This document shows, one piece after another, positions 50,099 to 59,375 of a DNA stretch of 64,000 bases. Origin of the DNA: Candidatus Eiseniibacteriota bacterium (GTDB lineage Bacteria; Eisenbacteria; RBG-16-71-46; JABDJR01); the NCBI GenBank assembly GCA_963762255.1, contig CAVXKA010000002.1, forward strand, positions 160,001 to 224,000, read 5' to 3'. Made by a program: the position numbers and the translations under genes. Under the pieces are notes generated by a model that had not been told where the DNA came from, made no database searches, and saw only the letters and a program-made list of their open reading frames with translations. Within the stretch, counting starts at the first letter, position 1. Every line of letters begins with the position of its first letter.

Positions 50099-52054
50099 AT
50101 GTCGGAGAAGCACACCTATCAAGTCGGGGACAAGGTCCACCACGTCGATTTCGGCGAGGGTCTCGTGGTGGAGATCCGCGACCGTCCCTTCTACGACATC
50201 CTGGAAGTGGTCTTCTCGTCGGGCGTAAAGCGGTTGAGCAGCATCCACCCTCAATTGCGCCCCAAGCCTCCAGAAGAGCCGGCGGCGGCCAGGCCGAGGC
50301 GCCGCCGCCGGGTGAAGATCTCCCCGGGTCCGGAGAACGGTTCGCGGCTGCCGTATCTCAAACTGGACCCCGGAGCCTGGACGCTCTTGCAGCGGATGAG
50401 CGACCAGGACGTGGAGCCGACCGAGGACTACCGCATCCTGCTCGACGCCGAGGAACTCAAGGGGCAGGGGGACTTCGACCACCTGATCGGTCTCGAGCAC
50501 CTGCCCGAAGTGCAGCAGCTCGAGTACCAGAAGCAGGCGTGCCTGCGCGCCCTGCGCGAGATGCGGGGACGAGGGCTTCTCGCCGACGAAGTGGGGCTGG
50601 GGAAGACCATCGAAGCAGGGCTGATTCTCAAGGAGTACCTGCTGCGCGGTCTCGTGCACCGCGCACTCGTGCTGGTGCCGGCCAGCTTGACCATCCAGTG
50701 GCGGGAAGAGCTGGCCAACAAGTTCGGCCTGGAGTTCACGATCGCGGGACGGCGGGGGGATTGGGCGGACCACCCGTTCCTCATCTGCTCCCTCGACACC
50801 GCCAAGACCACGCGGAATCGTGAGCGCCTGCTCACGCGCCCGTTCGACCTGGTGATCGTCGACGAGGCGCACCGGCTGCGCAATCACCAGACCCTGGCCT
50901 GGAAATTCGTGGCCGCGGTCAACAGCAAGTATCTGCTCCTGCTGACAGCCACCCCGGTGCAGAACGACCTGCGGGAACTCTACAACCTGGTGAACCTGCT
51001 TCGGCCCGGCACGTTGGGCACGTACCGCCGATTCCGCCGCGACTTCATGGTGCGCGGCGACAAGCGCCTGCCCAAGAACACCGCCGAGCTGTCCAAACTC
51101 CTTCGGCGGGTCATGATCCGCACCACCCGAGCCAAGACCAACATCAAGTTTCCACGTCGCACCGTCCACACGCGGCCGTTCCAACTCAGCGAGTCGGAAC
51201 GGGCTCTGTACGACGGAGTAACGGACTTCGTGCGCGATCGGCATCTCGACAGCGACCGCGCGCAGTTCCTGAAGTGGCATTTCGTCTCGATGGTGCTGCA
51301 GAAGGAGATCGGGAGCAGCACCCCGGCCGCCCACCACACCCTGGTCCGCGCGCGCCAGGACATCCGCTATCGCGCGCACTGGGATGCTCTCAACCATCTC
51401 TGCAAGCTCGGGGAGGCGGTGGACCGGCACGCCAAGCTTGACGGGCTCCTCGAGGTGCTCACCGGCGTCCCCGACAAGGCGATCGTGTTCACCCAATTCA
51501 AGTCCACGATGGAGTTCCTTTCGCAGCGGCTGCGGGGAGCGGGCTACTCCACCGTCACCTTCCACGGTGGAATGTCCTCCTCGGACAAGGAGGCGGCGAT
51601 CCGGGAGTTCCGGGGGCCCACCCGCATCCTCGTGAGCACCGAGGCGGGCGGCGAGGGGCGCAACCTCCACTTCTGCCGCACCGTGGTCAACTACGACCTC
51701 CCCTGGAACCCGATGAAGGTCGAGCAACGCATCGGCCGCGTGCACCGCCTCGGTCAGACCGGCGATATCGAGATCTTCAACTTCAGCACCGAGAACACGG
51801 TGGAGTCGCACGTGCTCGAGATCCTCCATCGCAAGATCAACATGTTCGAACTGGTCGTCGGGGAGATGGACATGATCCTCGGCGAGTTCAGCGACCGGCA
51901 TACGTTCGAGAACACGGTGTTCCAGATCTGGGCCGGGGCGCGCACCCGGCGTGACGTGGAGCGACGGTTCCGGGATCTCGGGGACCAGATGGCGATGAAC
52001 CGCCGCCGCTACGAGTCGATCAAGCAGCTCGACGAAGAGATCTTCGGTGGCTGA
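50099..52054 (+). CDS. SNF2-family ATPase (YqhH/RapA-like) with N-terminal Tudor-like domain
   Basis: LLADEVGLGKTIEAG, DEAH, LTATPVQN, GGEGRNL and YDLPWNPMKVEQRIGRVHR. Confidence 0.9.
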   Translation: MSEKHTYQVGDKVHHVDFGEGLVVEIRDRPFYDILEVVFSSGVKRLSSIHPQLRPKPPEEPAAARPRRRRRVKISPGPENGSRLPYLKLDPGAWTLLQRMSDQDVEPTEDYRILLDAEELKGQGDFDHLIGLEHLPEVQQLEYQKQACLRALREMRGRGLLADEVGLGKTIEAGLILKEYLLRGLVHRALVLVPASLTIQWREELANKFGLEFTIAGRRGDWADHPFLICSLDTAKTTRNRERLLTRPFDLVIVDEAHRLRNHQTLAWKFVAAVNSKYLLLLTATPVQNDLRELYNLVNLLRPGTLGTYRRFRRDFMVRGDKRLPKNTAELSKLLRRVMIRTTRAKTNIKFPRRTVHTRPFQLSESERALYDGVTDFVRDRHLDSDRAQFLKWHFVSMVLQKEIGSSTPAAHHTLVRARQDIRYRAHWDALNHLCKLGEAVDRHAKLDGLLEVLTGVPDKAIVFTQFKSTMEFLSQRLRGAGYSTVTFHGGMSSSDKEAAIREFRGPTRILVSTEAGGEGRNLHFCRTVVNYDLPWNPMKVEQRIGRVHRLGQTGDIEIFNFSTENTVESHVLEILHRKINMFELVVGEMDMILGEFSDRHTFENTVFQIWAGARTRRDVERRFRDLGDQMAMNRRRYESIKQLDEEIFGG

Positions 52055-53021
52055 GCGCTCCGCCGCGCCGGGCGGCCGACACCGATGGATCTTCGAGGTC
52101 CTCGCCCGCTCCGGCGCCGTGTTGCAGGGGAGCGAGCGGGGTATCCATGCCTACCGGCTCGGGGATGGACTCTCCACGCTTCTCAAGCGCGACGAGCTGC
52201 GGATTACCTTCCGCCGCCGACTGGCGGGCCAGGCCGAGGTGGAGCTGGCCACCCCCGGGAGCTGGCTCCACGACCAGTTGATCCGGTACGCCCTGCGGCG
52301 GGGGAGGGTGACCCTCATGCACCTCCGCCCACGCGAGGATCTGGACCGGGCCGCCCTCCTGCGCGCGAGGCGGCGCGGAACTATTGAGCTATCGTCGCTT
52401 GAAGAAAAACGTTACGGCGTTCTTCTCATCTTCACGTTCAGCCTCTCGTACTACTCGGAACCTCCTGCAAACGAAGCCCTGACGGTCACCTACGACGTTC
52501 AGCGCGGGAAGGTCGTGCAGCGGCCGGTGGGCCGGAGATCCCTTTTCGAGGCCGAGAGCGAGCCCGCGGAGGGATTCCTGCCGGCGCCGGTGGTGGACGT
52601 CGCCGAGGCCTTCCACCACGCATGGGACGCCGTGCAGGACCATGTCGAGGCCCGGGTGGGGGAGATCCAGAAGACCGGCCAGCAGGGGCTCGATCGCGAG
52701 CTGACCACCGTGGAGCGCTATTACCGCCAGCTCATCGAGGAGGAGAAGTCCGTGCTCAAGGGGCGGGGGAGCCGCCGCGGACAGGACGAGAGCCGGCGAA
52801 AGATCGAACTCCTCAAGGTGGAGTGGGAACGTCGTGTGAAGGAGGAGACTGAGCGGCTCAAACCCCAGGTGGTGGCCGCATTGAGCGCCGTGGCCCAGGT
52901 TCGCACGCCGCTGGAGCGCTGGCGATGCCAGGGGGAGGCGGATGCCCCCGATCGCGAGATCTGGGTCGATCTGGCCCGAGCCGAGGCGTGGGAGATCGCG
53001 GGGGGCACTCCGGAGCGTTGA
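52047..53021 (+). CDS. SNF2-associated coiled-coil protein (YqhG-like)
   Basis: Overlaps the SNF2 stop; C-terminal coiled coil ELTTVERYY...EWERRVKEE. Confidence 0.6.
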   Translation: MAERSAAPGGRHRWIFEVLARSGAVLQGSERGIHAYRLGDGLSTLLKRDELRITFRRRLAGQAEVELATPGSWLHDQLIRYALRRGRVTLMHLRPREDLDRAALLRARRRGTIELSSLEEKRYGVLLIFTFSLSYYSEPPANEALTVTYDVQRGKVVQRPVGRRSLFEAESEPAEGFLPAPVVDVAEAFHHAWDAVQDHVEARVGEIQKTGQQGLDRELTTVERYYRQLIEEEKSVLKGRGSRRGQDESRRKIELLKVEWERRVKEETERLKPQVVAALSAVAQVRTPLERWRCQGEADAPDREIWVDLARAEAWEIAGGTPER

Positions 53022-53092
53022 TCCCCTCCGGGCTTTCATGGATAATGTTCCGTCCTTCATCGGTATGAGCGGGGCAGGAGGATCACAGGAAG

Positions 53093-54664
53093 ATGCGTCT
53101 CAACACTTTCATCGGTCACCGGATACCCCAGGCACTGGCGGCGGCCTTCTTGACCGCGGTCGCCCTCGGGACATCGCCTCGCGATAGCCGGGCCGACGTG
53201 GAGCGGATCCGCGAAAAGGCCGTCGAGCTGGACCAGAAGCTCAACAAGCAGGGCTTCGAGGTCGCGGTCCGCGGCACCCCCCCGAACTCGACCCGCGTGT
53301 TCAAGGACTTCGACTTCATCCTCAAGAAGTCCAAGGTGGATGAAGTCGCCGAGGCGGAGAGCACCGATCCGCGGGCGAAGCGTCTGCGGCTCTACCTCGT
53401 GGAGTCGATCGTCGCCGCGGAAATCGCCACGTACGAGGACGACCTGCTCAAGTTCGAGCAGACCAGCACGGCCAACGTCGACGGCAAGGACCTGAGCTAC
53501 GGCGAGTTGACCCGCAAGCTGGCGCTCGACGGGGACGACGCGATGCGGCGCAAGCTCTACTCGGCCCTGGCGCCTCTCTTCGAGACTCAGGCTGTCTTCA
53601 AGGGCGACATCCTCAAGCGGCGCAACGAGAGCTTCCAGCCATGGGGATTCCAGAACTTCGCGGAGTTCTATGCGGCTCGCGAGGGGCTCGACCTCGACCG
53701 TGTGGCGAGTCAGGCCGATGAGCTCCTCCAGGGCACCCAGGCGATCTACGATTCGCTCTTCGCCATCATGGCCACGCGCTACCTCAACACCGAGCCCCGC
53801 AAGGTTCGCTATTACGATCTGCCGTACCTGACTTCGGGGGTGCCCTTCGAAGGCGCGTTCCCCGAGGGCGGGCGGGCCCAACGCGTGAAGGCGGTGTTCC
53901 AGGGGCTGGGAGTGAACCTGCCGGGGGAGAGCGGACTCACCTTCGACGGGGACGCCCGTCACGGCAAGGCAGCGCAAACGAAGGTCTTCCCGGTCATGGT
54001 GCCCGGCGATATCAGGGTGAGCGTCAATCCCATGGGGGGCGTGCGCGACGACGCGGAAACGCTCTTCGGTCTCGGCATGGCCGGCATCTTCCTGTATTCC
54101 GATCAGACGGCCTTCGAGCCGGCCTATCTGCCGAACGGCAGCGCGCAGGCGGCCCTCGCGTATCTGCCGCGCTTCGTCTTGGACGAGCCGGCGTGGATCG
54201 AGGCGCAGGCCAAGGGAGACCTCGACAAAACCGCCTACGGGACGTTCCGTCTCTTCAGCCTGCTCTATGATGCTCGCACTCTGGCCGCCCAGGCGCGATT
54301 CGAAATCGATGCCTATCGCGGGGCAGCGGATCTCGAGGCGGAGTTCCGGACCTTGATGGAAACGGCGACAGGGGCGCGTCTCTCCGCGAGCGATGCCAAG
54401 CGCGCGCTCAGCGTGCTCAGCCAGCTTCGATCGGCCAGCCAGTTCGAGGGGCTCCTCCTCGCCAGCGCCATGCACGAGCGACTCGGCGCCACCCACGGCA
54501 AGACCTGGTATCAGGATGGTAAGGTGGGGCCGATGCTCAGAGACCTTTGGAAGCAGGGAGGCGCTCTCACCGTCGAGACGATCGGCACCGCCTGTGGCGA
54601 TGCGCGGCCGGACACCGCTCCCTTTATCAAGCACATCGATACCTTGCTCGCGGCGGCCCGGTAG
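53093..54664 (+). CDS. Secreted M3/M32-like gluzincin homologue lacking HExxH
   Basis: Signal peptide. The D..RHGK...FPVMVPGDIRVSVNPMGG..DD..LF pattern resembles M3-like proteins, but the zinc motif is absent. Confidence 0.6.
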   Translation: MRLNTFIGHRIPQALAAAFLTAVALGTSPRDSRADVERIREKAVELDQKLNKQGFEVAVRGTPPNSTRVFKDFDFILKKSKVDEVAEAESTDPRAKRLRLYLVESIVAAEIATYEDDLLKFEQTSTANVDGKDLSYGELTRKLALDGDDAMRRKLYSALAPLFETQAVFKGDILKRRNESFQPWGFQNFAEFYAAREGLDLDRVASQADELLQGTQAIYDSLFAIMATRYLNTEPRKVRYYDLPYLTSGVPFEGAFPEGGRAQRVKAVFQGLGVNLPGESGLTFDGDARHGKAAQTKVFPVMVPGDIRVSVNPMGGVRDDAETLFGLGMAGIFLYSDQTAFEPAYLPNGSAQAALAYLPRFVLDEPAWIEAQAKGDLDKTAYGTFRLFSLLYDARTLAAQARFEIDAYRGAADLEAEFRTLMETATGARLSASDAKRALSVLSQLRSASQFEGLLLASAMHERLGATHGKTWYQDGKVGPMLRDLWKQGGALTVETIGTACGDARPDTAPFIKHIDTLLAAAR

Positions 54665-54688
54665 CCGGCGAGCATTGGAGAACCCAGC

Positions 54689-55369
54689 GTGACCGATAGA
54701 CTCAGCAAGCAGCAGCTCAAGGAAGACCCGTTGATGAAGTCGACCGCCGAGGCGGCGGACTTCGCTCGTCACCACAGCCGGCTCATCGTGGGAGCGGCGG
54801 CCGGGCTGCTCGTCCTGGCGGCGGCGATCTACTTCGTCCAGGCCGGGGGACAGCGTGCGAACGAACGGGCCGCAGGGATGCTCGCCGATGCGCGTGGCGA
54901 CTACCAGCGAGGCGCCCTGGACCCCGCCGCGACCCGCCTGGAGGAGCTCCTGAGCACTTCCGGTGGAACGGCGTCCGGGAAGCAGGCGCTCATCCTGTAC
55001 GGAGACGTTCGCTACGCCCAGGGCCGCTATCAGGACGCGGCCGGCTACTACCGCCGGGCGATCGACAAGTTCAAGGGCGATCCGATTCTGGGAACGGCCG
55101 CTCGGCGGGCCCTTGCCGCGACTCTCGAGAACATGAAGGAGTACGACGAGGCCGCCAAGATCCACGAGGAGTTGCTGGCCTCCGAGAGCACCGGATTGCT
55201 CCGCACGCAGGCCCAGCTCGACCTTGCGCGAAACCTGCTTCGCAGCGGCCAGACCGATCGCGCGAAGGCCTTGTACGAAGAGGTCTCGGTCAACCAGGAC
55301 AATCCGCTCGCTGCGCAGGAGGCCCAACTGCGCCTCGCCGAAATCAAGACCGCCCAGACGACGGGATAG
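54689..55369 (+). CDS. YfgM-like membrane-anchored TPR protein
   Basis: LSKQQLKEDP N-terminus, one TM segment, TPR repeats. Confidence 0.75.
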   Translation: MTDRLSKQQLKEDPLMKSTAEAADFARHHSRLIVGAAAGLLVLAAAIYFVQAGGQRANERAAGMLADARGDYQRGALDPAATRLEELLSTSGGTASGKQALILYGDVRYAQGRYQDAAGYYRRAIDKFKGDPILGTAARRALAATLENMKEYDEAAKIHEELLASESTGLLRTQAQLDLARNLLRSGQTDRAKALYEEVSVNQDNPLAAQEAQLRLAEIKTAQTTG

Positions 55370-55377
55370 GCGTCCCG

Positions 55378-55451
55378 CACTGAGCGGTCGCGGCTTGCCG
55401 AGTCAGGCCGCGATCACTGAGCGGTCGCGGCTCACCGATCCAGGCCGCGGT
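55378..55451 (+). repeat. Direct repeat, 2 x 37 bp, each unit with an internal inverted repeat
   Basis: CACTGAGCGGTCGCGGCT-N-CAGGCCGCG(A/G)T twice in tandem. Confidence 0.8.
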
Positions 55452-55491
55452 GGGAGATGTAGAACCTCCGCCGCGGCCTTCGTGTATCCAG

Positions 55492-55581
55492 GCCCGACGT
55501 GACCACGACGCTCGAAGTGACCTCGACGCATGGCGTGACTTCGACGCCCGGCATGACTTCAATGCCCGACGTGACCCCGAC
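55492..55581 (+). repeat. Degenerate tandem repeat, 5 x 18 bp
   Basis: GCCCGACGTGACCACGAC / GCTCGAAGTGACCTCGAC / GCATGGCGTGACTTCGAC / GCCCGGCATGACTTCAAT / GCCCGACGTGACCCCGAC. Confidence 0.75.
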
Positions 55582-55648
55582 CCGGGGGACGCGGAGGCCG
55601 GTCTGCCTCAATCCAGGTTCAGGCTCGCCTGGGAGGACCGTTTGTTAG

Positions 55649-55676
55649 ATGTCGCATAATATATATTATGTAAACC
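55649..55676 (+). other. dif: Chromosomal dif site (XerC/XerD recombination site)
   Basis: ATGTCGCATAA-TATATA-TTATGTAAACC versus E. coli GGTGCGCATAA-TGTATA-TTATGTTAAAT. AT-rich island located where gene orientation switches. Confidence 0.9.
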
Positions 55677-55835
55677 TAAAGATGGCACCCCCGGCAGGCG
55701 TCGATTCACAGGGATCCGCCTCGCTCCCCCGAAAAGCCCCTTCCGCTGCGCTCAGGCTTCTCCGAGCCCATACCCCGACCGCATGGCCGAACTGTCTACG
55801 CGCGCGCTCTCTACCGGCCGGGCTTCGTGCGTTCT

Positions 55836-58408
55836 CTACCGCCCCGGCACGATGTTCAGGAGCTTGCCGGGCACGTAGATGACCTTCGCGGGGTCCTTCC
55901 CGCCGAGGTGCTGGCGCACGTTGGCGTCAGCGAGCGCCCGGGCGCGCACGTCGGCCTCGGCGGCGCCCACCGGAACTTCGATCCGGGCTCGCACCTTGCC
56001 GAGGATCTGCACGATCAGGGTGAAGCTCTCGCGCCGGACCGCGGCGGCATCGTGGCGTCGGGATCGGCTGCCCGAAGATGCTCCCGGAGTGACCGGTGCG
56101 CTCCCAGAGTTCCTCGGCCACGAAGGGCGCCATGGGGGCCAGCAACACCAGGAGCCGATCCACGGACTCCCGGAGCGCGGCGCCGTCGGCGGTTGCCGGA
56201 CCGGGCTCGAAGCCCGGGTTCTGCACCGCCAGGGACATCGTGTTGACGAGCTCCATGAGGGCCGCGATCGCCGTGTTCATCGAGAACCGGTTCAAGTCCT
56301 CGTTCACGCGCTGCACGGTCTCGTGGGTCTTGCGATGGAGCTCCCGGCCCATCTCGGAGAGGCCGGTTGCGTCCACCGCGGTCTCGGGGGGCGCCATCGA
56401 GGGGCCGCGATCCACCGCGATCCTCCAGAGCCGGGACAGAAATCGGTAGGTCCCTTCGACGCCGCGGTCGTCCCATTCGGCGTCCTTGTCCGGAGGGCCG
56501 ATGAAGAGCGTGTAGAGCCGCACGGTGTCGGCGCCGTATTTCTCGATGAGATCGCGCGGCGCGACCACGTTGCCCTTCGATTTGGACATCTTCTCCAGGC
56601 GCCCGGTCTTGGGACTCAGCTTGCAGATCATGCCCTGGGTGAAGAGCCGGGCGAAGGGCTCGCGGAAGTTCACCAGGCCCTCGTCGGCCAGGAACTTGGT
56701 GAAGAACCGCGCGTACATGAGATGCAGGATGGCGTGCTCGACCCCGCCGATGTACTGATCCACCGGGAGCCAGCGGTTCACGACCGCGCTGTCGAAGGGG
56801 CGCGTCTCGTCGCGCGGCGACAGGTAGCGCAGGAAGTACCACGACGAGTCGACGAACGTGTCCATCGTGTCGGTCTCGCGAACTGCGGGGCCGCCGCACG
56901 CGGGACAGACGGCGTGCTTGAAGGACGGATGGCGCGCGAGCGGGCTGTCTCCCTTCGGCTGGAAATCGGCATCGTCGGGGAGGAGCACCGGGAGATCCTT
57001 CTCCGGCACCGGCACCGTGCCGCATTTCTCGCAATAAAGGATCGGGATCGGCGCCCCCCAGTAGCGCTGGCGGGAGATGAGCCAATCGCGTAACCGATAC
57101 GTGACGGTGAAGTCCCCTTCTCCCCTTTCCTTCAGCCATTCCCCGATGCGCCGCATCGCGTCGTCGTTGGATAGCCCGTCGAAGGGGCCGGAGTTCACCA
57201 GCACGCCCGGTCCCACGTAGGCCTCGGTGAGCTTGTCGCCGCGGCCGCTCGCGGTCTCGGGGGCCGTATCGGCGTTCCGGATCACCAGATGGATGGGAAG
57301 GCTGTACTTCTTCGCGAACGCGAAGTCGCGCTCGTCGTGGGCAGGCACGGCCATGACCGCGCCGGTGCCGTACTCCATCAGAACGTAGTTGGCCACCCAC
57401 ACCGGCGACCGGTTCGCCGGTGATCGGGTTCAGCACGCGGCGGCCGGTGTCGAAGCCGACCTTCTCCAGATCGGGATCGGCCTGCCGAGCCGTCCGCTGG
57501 TTGCGCATCTGCTGGATCTCCGCCTGGAGCCGCGCGCGTTCCGGATGGCCGGCCAGAAGCCGCTCCACCAGAGGGTGCTCCGGCGCAAGCACGACGTAGG
57601 TCACGCCGCCCAGCGTGTCGATGCGGGTGGTGAAGCACTCCACCTCGAAGGGCTCGCCGACGCCCAGAAACCGCAGGGTGACGCCGTCGCTGCGACCGAT
57701 CCAATTGCGCTGCATGGTGCGCACGCGGTCCGGCCATTCATCCAGGCCGTCCAGATCGTCCAGGAGCGCTTGCGCGTAGTGCGTGGTCTTGAAGAACCAC
57801 TGCGAGAGCTGCTTCTGCTCGACGGTCGTCCCGCACCGCTCGCACGCCCCGTCCACCACCTGCTCGTTGGCCAGCACGGTGACGCAGGACGGGCACCAGT
57901 TGACCGGCGCGCTTCGCTTCTCGGCCAGTCCGCGCTTGAACAACTGCAGAAAGATCCACTGCGTCCAGCGGTAATAGCCCGGATGACAGGCCGCGATCTC
58001 GCGCGACCAGTCGAGCCCTATCCCCCACTCGCGAAACTGTGCCTTGAACTTGCCGATGTTGTCGAAAGTCCACTGGCGGGGATGGATGTTCCTCTGAATG
58101 GCGGCGTTCTCGGCGGGGAGCCCGAACGCGTCCCAGCCCATCGGGGCCAGGACCTCGTAGCCCTCCATGATCTTGCGGCGCACCACGACGTCGCCCAGGA
58201 TGTAATTGCGGCCGTGTCCCACGTGAAGATCGCCGGAGGGGTACGGAAACATGTTCAAGCAGTAGTACTTCGGCTTCGGCGAACCGGTGTCGCAGGCGAA
58301 GAGGCTCTCCGCCGACCACCGGTCGTACCACTTGGACTCGAATTCGCGGAACGGGAAACCCCGTCCGTGCTCGCTCCGCTCCGTCGTCTTGGATTCAACG
58401 CTGTCCAC
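55836..58408 (-). CDS. leuS: Leucine--tRNA ligase (two apparent +1 frameshifts near 57405 and 56055)
   Basis: [38 protein letters not shown] and KMSKS; C-terminal [12 protein letters not shown] in a third frame. Confidence 0.93.
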
Positions 58409-59375
58409 GTGCAGATCCCTCTTGCGCCATCCGCGCCACACGATCCGATTCCAACTTGATGTACTCGAACGATGTTGTCTGCGCCGCCTCGTGCAGTCGG
58501 GCCACACCTTCGCCGGTCCTGCCCACGCCGATGAGCGCGGTGCCGCAGAAGAAGAGGGCCTGGTCCCGCCGGTCCCCTTGCGGGAACCGCGCCAGGTAGT
58601 CCTCCAACCCCGGGAGCGCGGCAGCGTACTCGTGGGCGAACAGATGGGTCAACGCCCCGTCGAGGGTCACGTCGCCGCTCAGGTCCTTCGCCCGCGTGCT
58701 GGACAGCGCCGCCACGTGCGCGAGCACCGCGCGGGCCTCCTCGTAGCGCCCCACAGCCAGAAGCACGTCCGCGTACGTGTAGAGCGCATCCGCGTCGGCG
58801 GGACGAGCCGCCGCTGCGGACTGCGCCTCGTCGAGAGGCTCGCGCACGGCCAGGAACGCCGACAGCATCGCCGCGTACTCCTCGGGCGGCCGGTACCCGA
58901 CGATGCGCCCGATCTCCCTCCCGCTGCGGCTCAGGAGCACGCTCGTCGGGTAGGAGCTCACGCGGAGCAACGCGGCGAGCGCCTTCTCGCGATCTCCGTT
59001 CACCCGAACCGGCACCACGAACCGCATGAGCCCGCCAAATCCGGGGTCGACAAAGGTCGTTCGCTCGAGCTTGCGACACCATCCGCACCAATCGGTGTAG
59101 AAGGTGACGAGAACCGGGCGGCGATTGAGCAGCGCCTTCTCCAGACCCACGCTGTAGTTCGTCAACCACGCCACGTTGCCGACCTGCTTCTCCCACGCCG
59201 CCGTGCTCGCAGCGGTCGGGCTGGCGGTTGGAGTAGGCGCCGGGGTGGCGGTTGCCGTGGGTGCCGGGGCGGAGATCACCGTGGGCGCCGGGGCAGAGCT
59301 CGCCGTGCCCTGCGCGGAGGTTCCGGCGGCAAGCACGGCGAAGGCGATGGCGGCGATCCGGGTCGCGGCGCTCAC
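58395..59375 (-). CDS. Exported thioredoxin-fold protein with TPR repeats
   Basis: Signal peptide, Pro/Ala/Thr linker, FYTDWCGWC, cis-Pro YPT, then TPRs. Confidence 0.8.
   Translation of the reverse strand: MSAATRIAAIAFAVLAAGTSAQGTASSAPAPTVISAPAPTATATPAPTPTASPTAASTAAWEKQVGNVAWLTNYSVGLEKALLNRRPVLVTFYTDWCGWCRKLERTTFVDPGFGGLMRFVVPVRVNGDREKALAALLRVSSYPTSVLLSRSGREIGRIVGYRPPEEYAAMLSAFLAVREPLDEAQSAAAARPADADALYTYADVLLAVGRYEEARAVLAHVAALSSTRAKDLSGDVTLDGALTHLFAHEYAAALPGLEDYLARFPQGDRRDQALFFCGTALIGVGRTGEGVARLHEAAQTTSFEYIKLESDRVARMAQEGSARGQR

Noticed and set aside
50099-53021. SNF2 pair as an anti-phage system (e.g. DISARM)
   Set aside because: No methylase, nuclease or PLD neighbours, and the context and codon usage are core-genome-like.
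55378-55581. Possible CRISPR array near dif
   Set aside because: The units are directly adjacent with no unique spacers, there are only 2 and 5 degenerate copies, and no cas genes are present.
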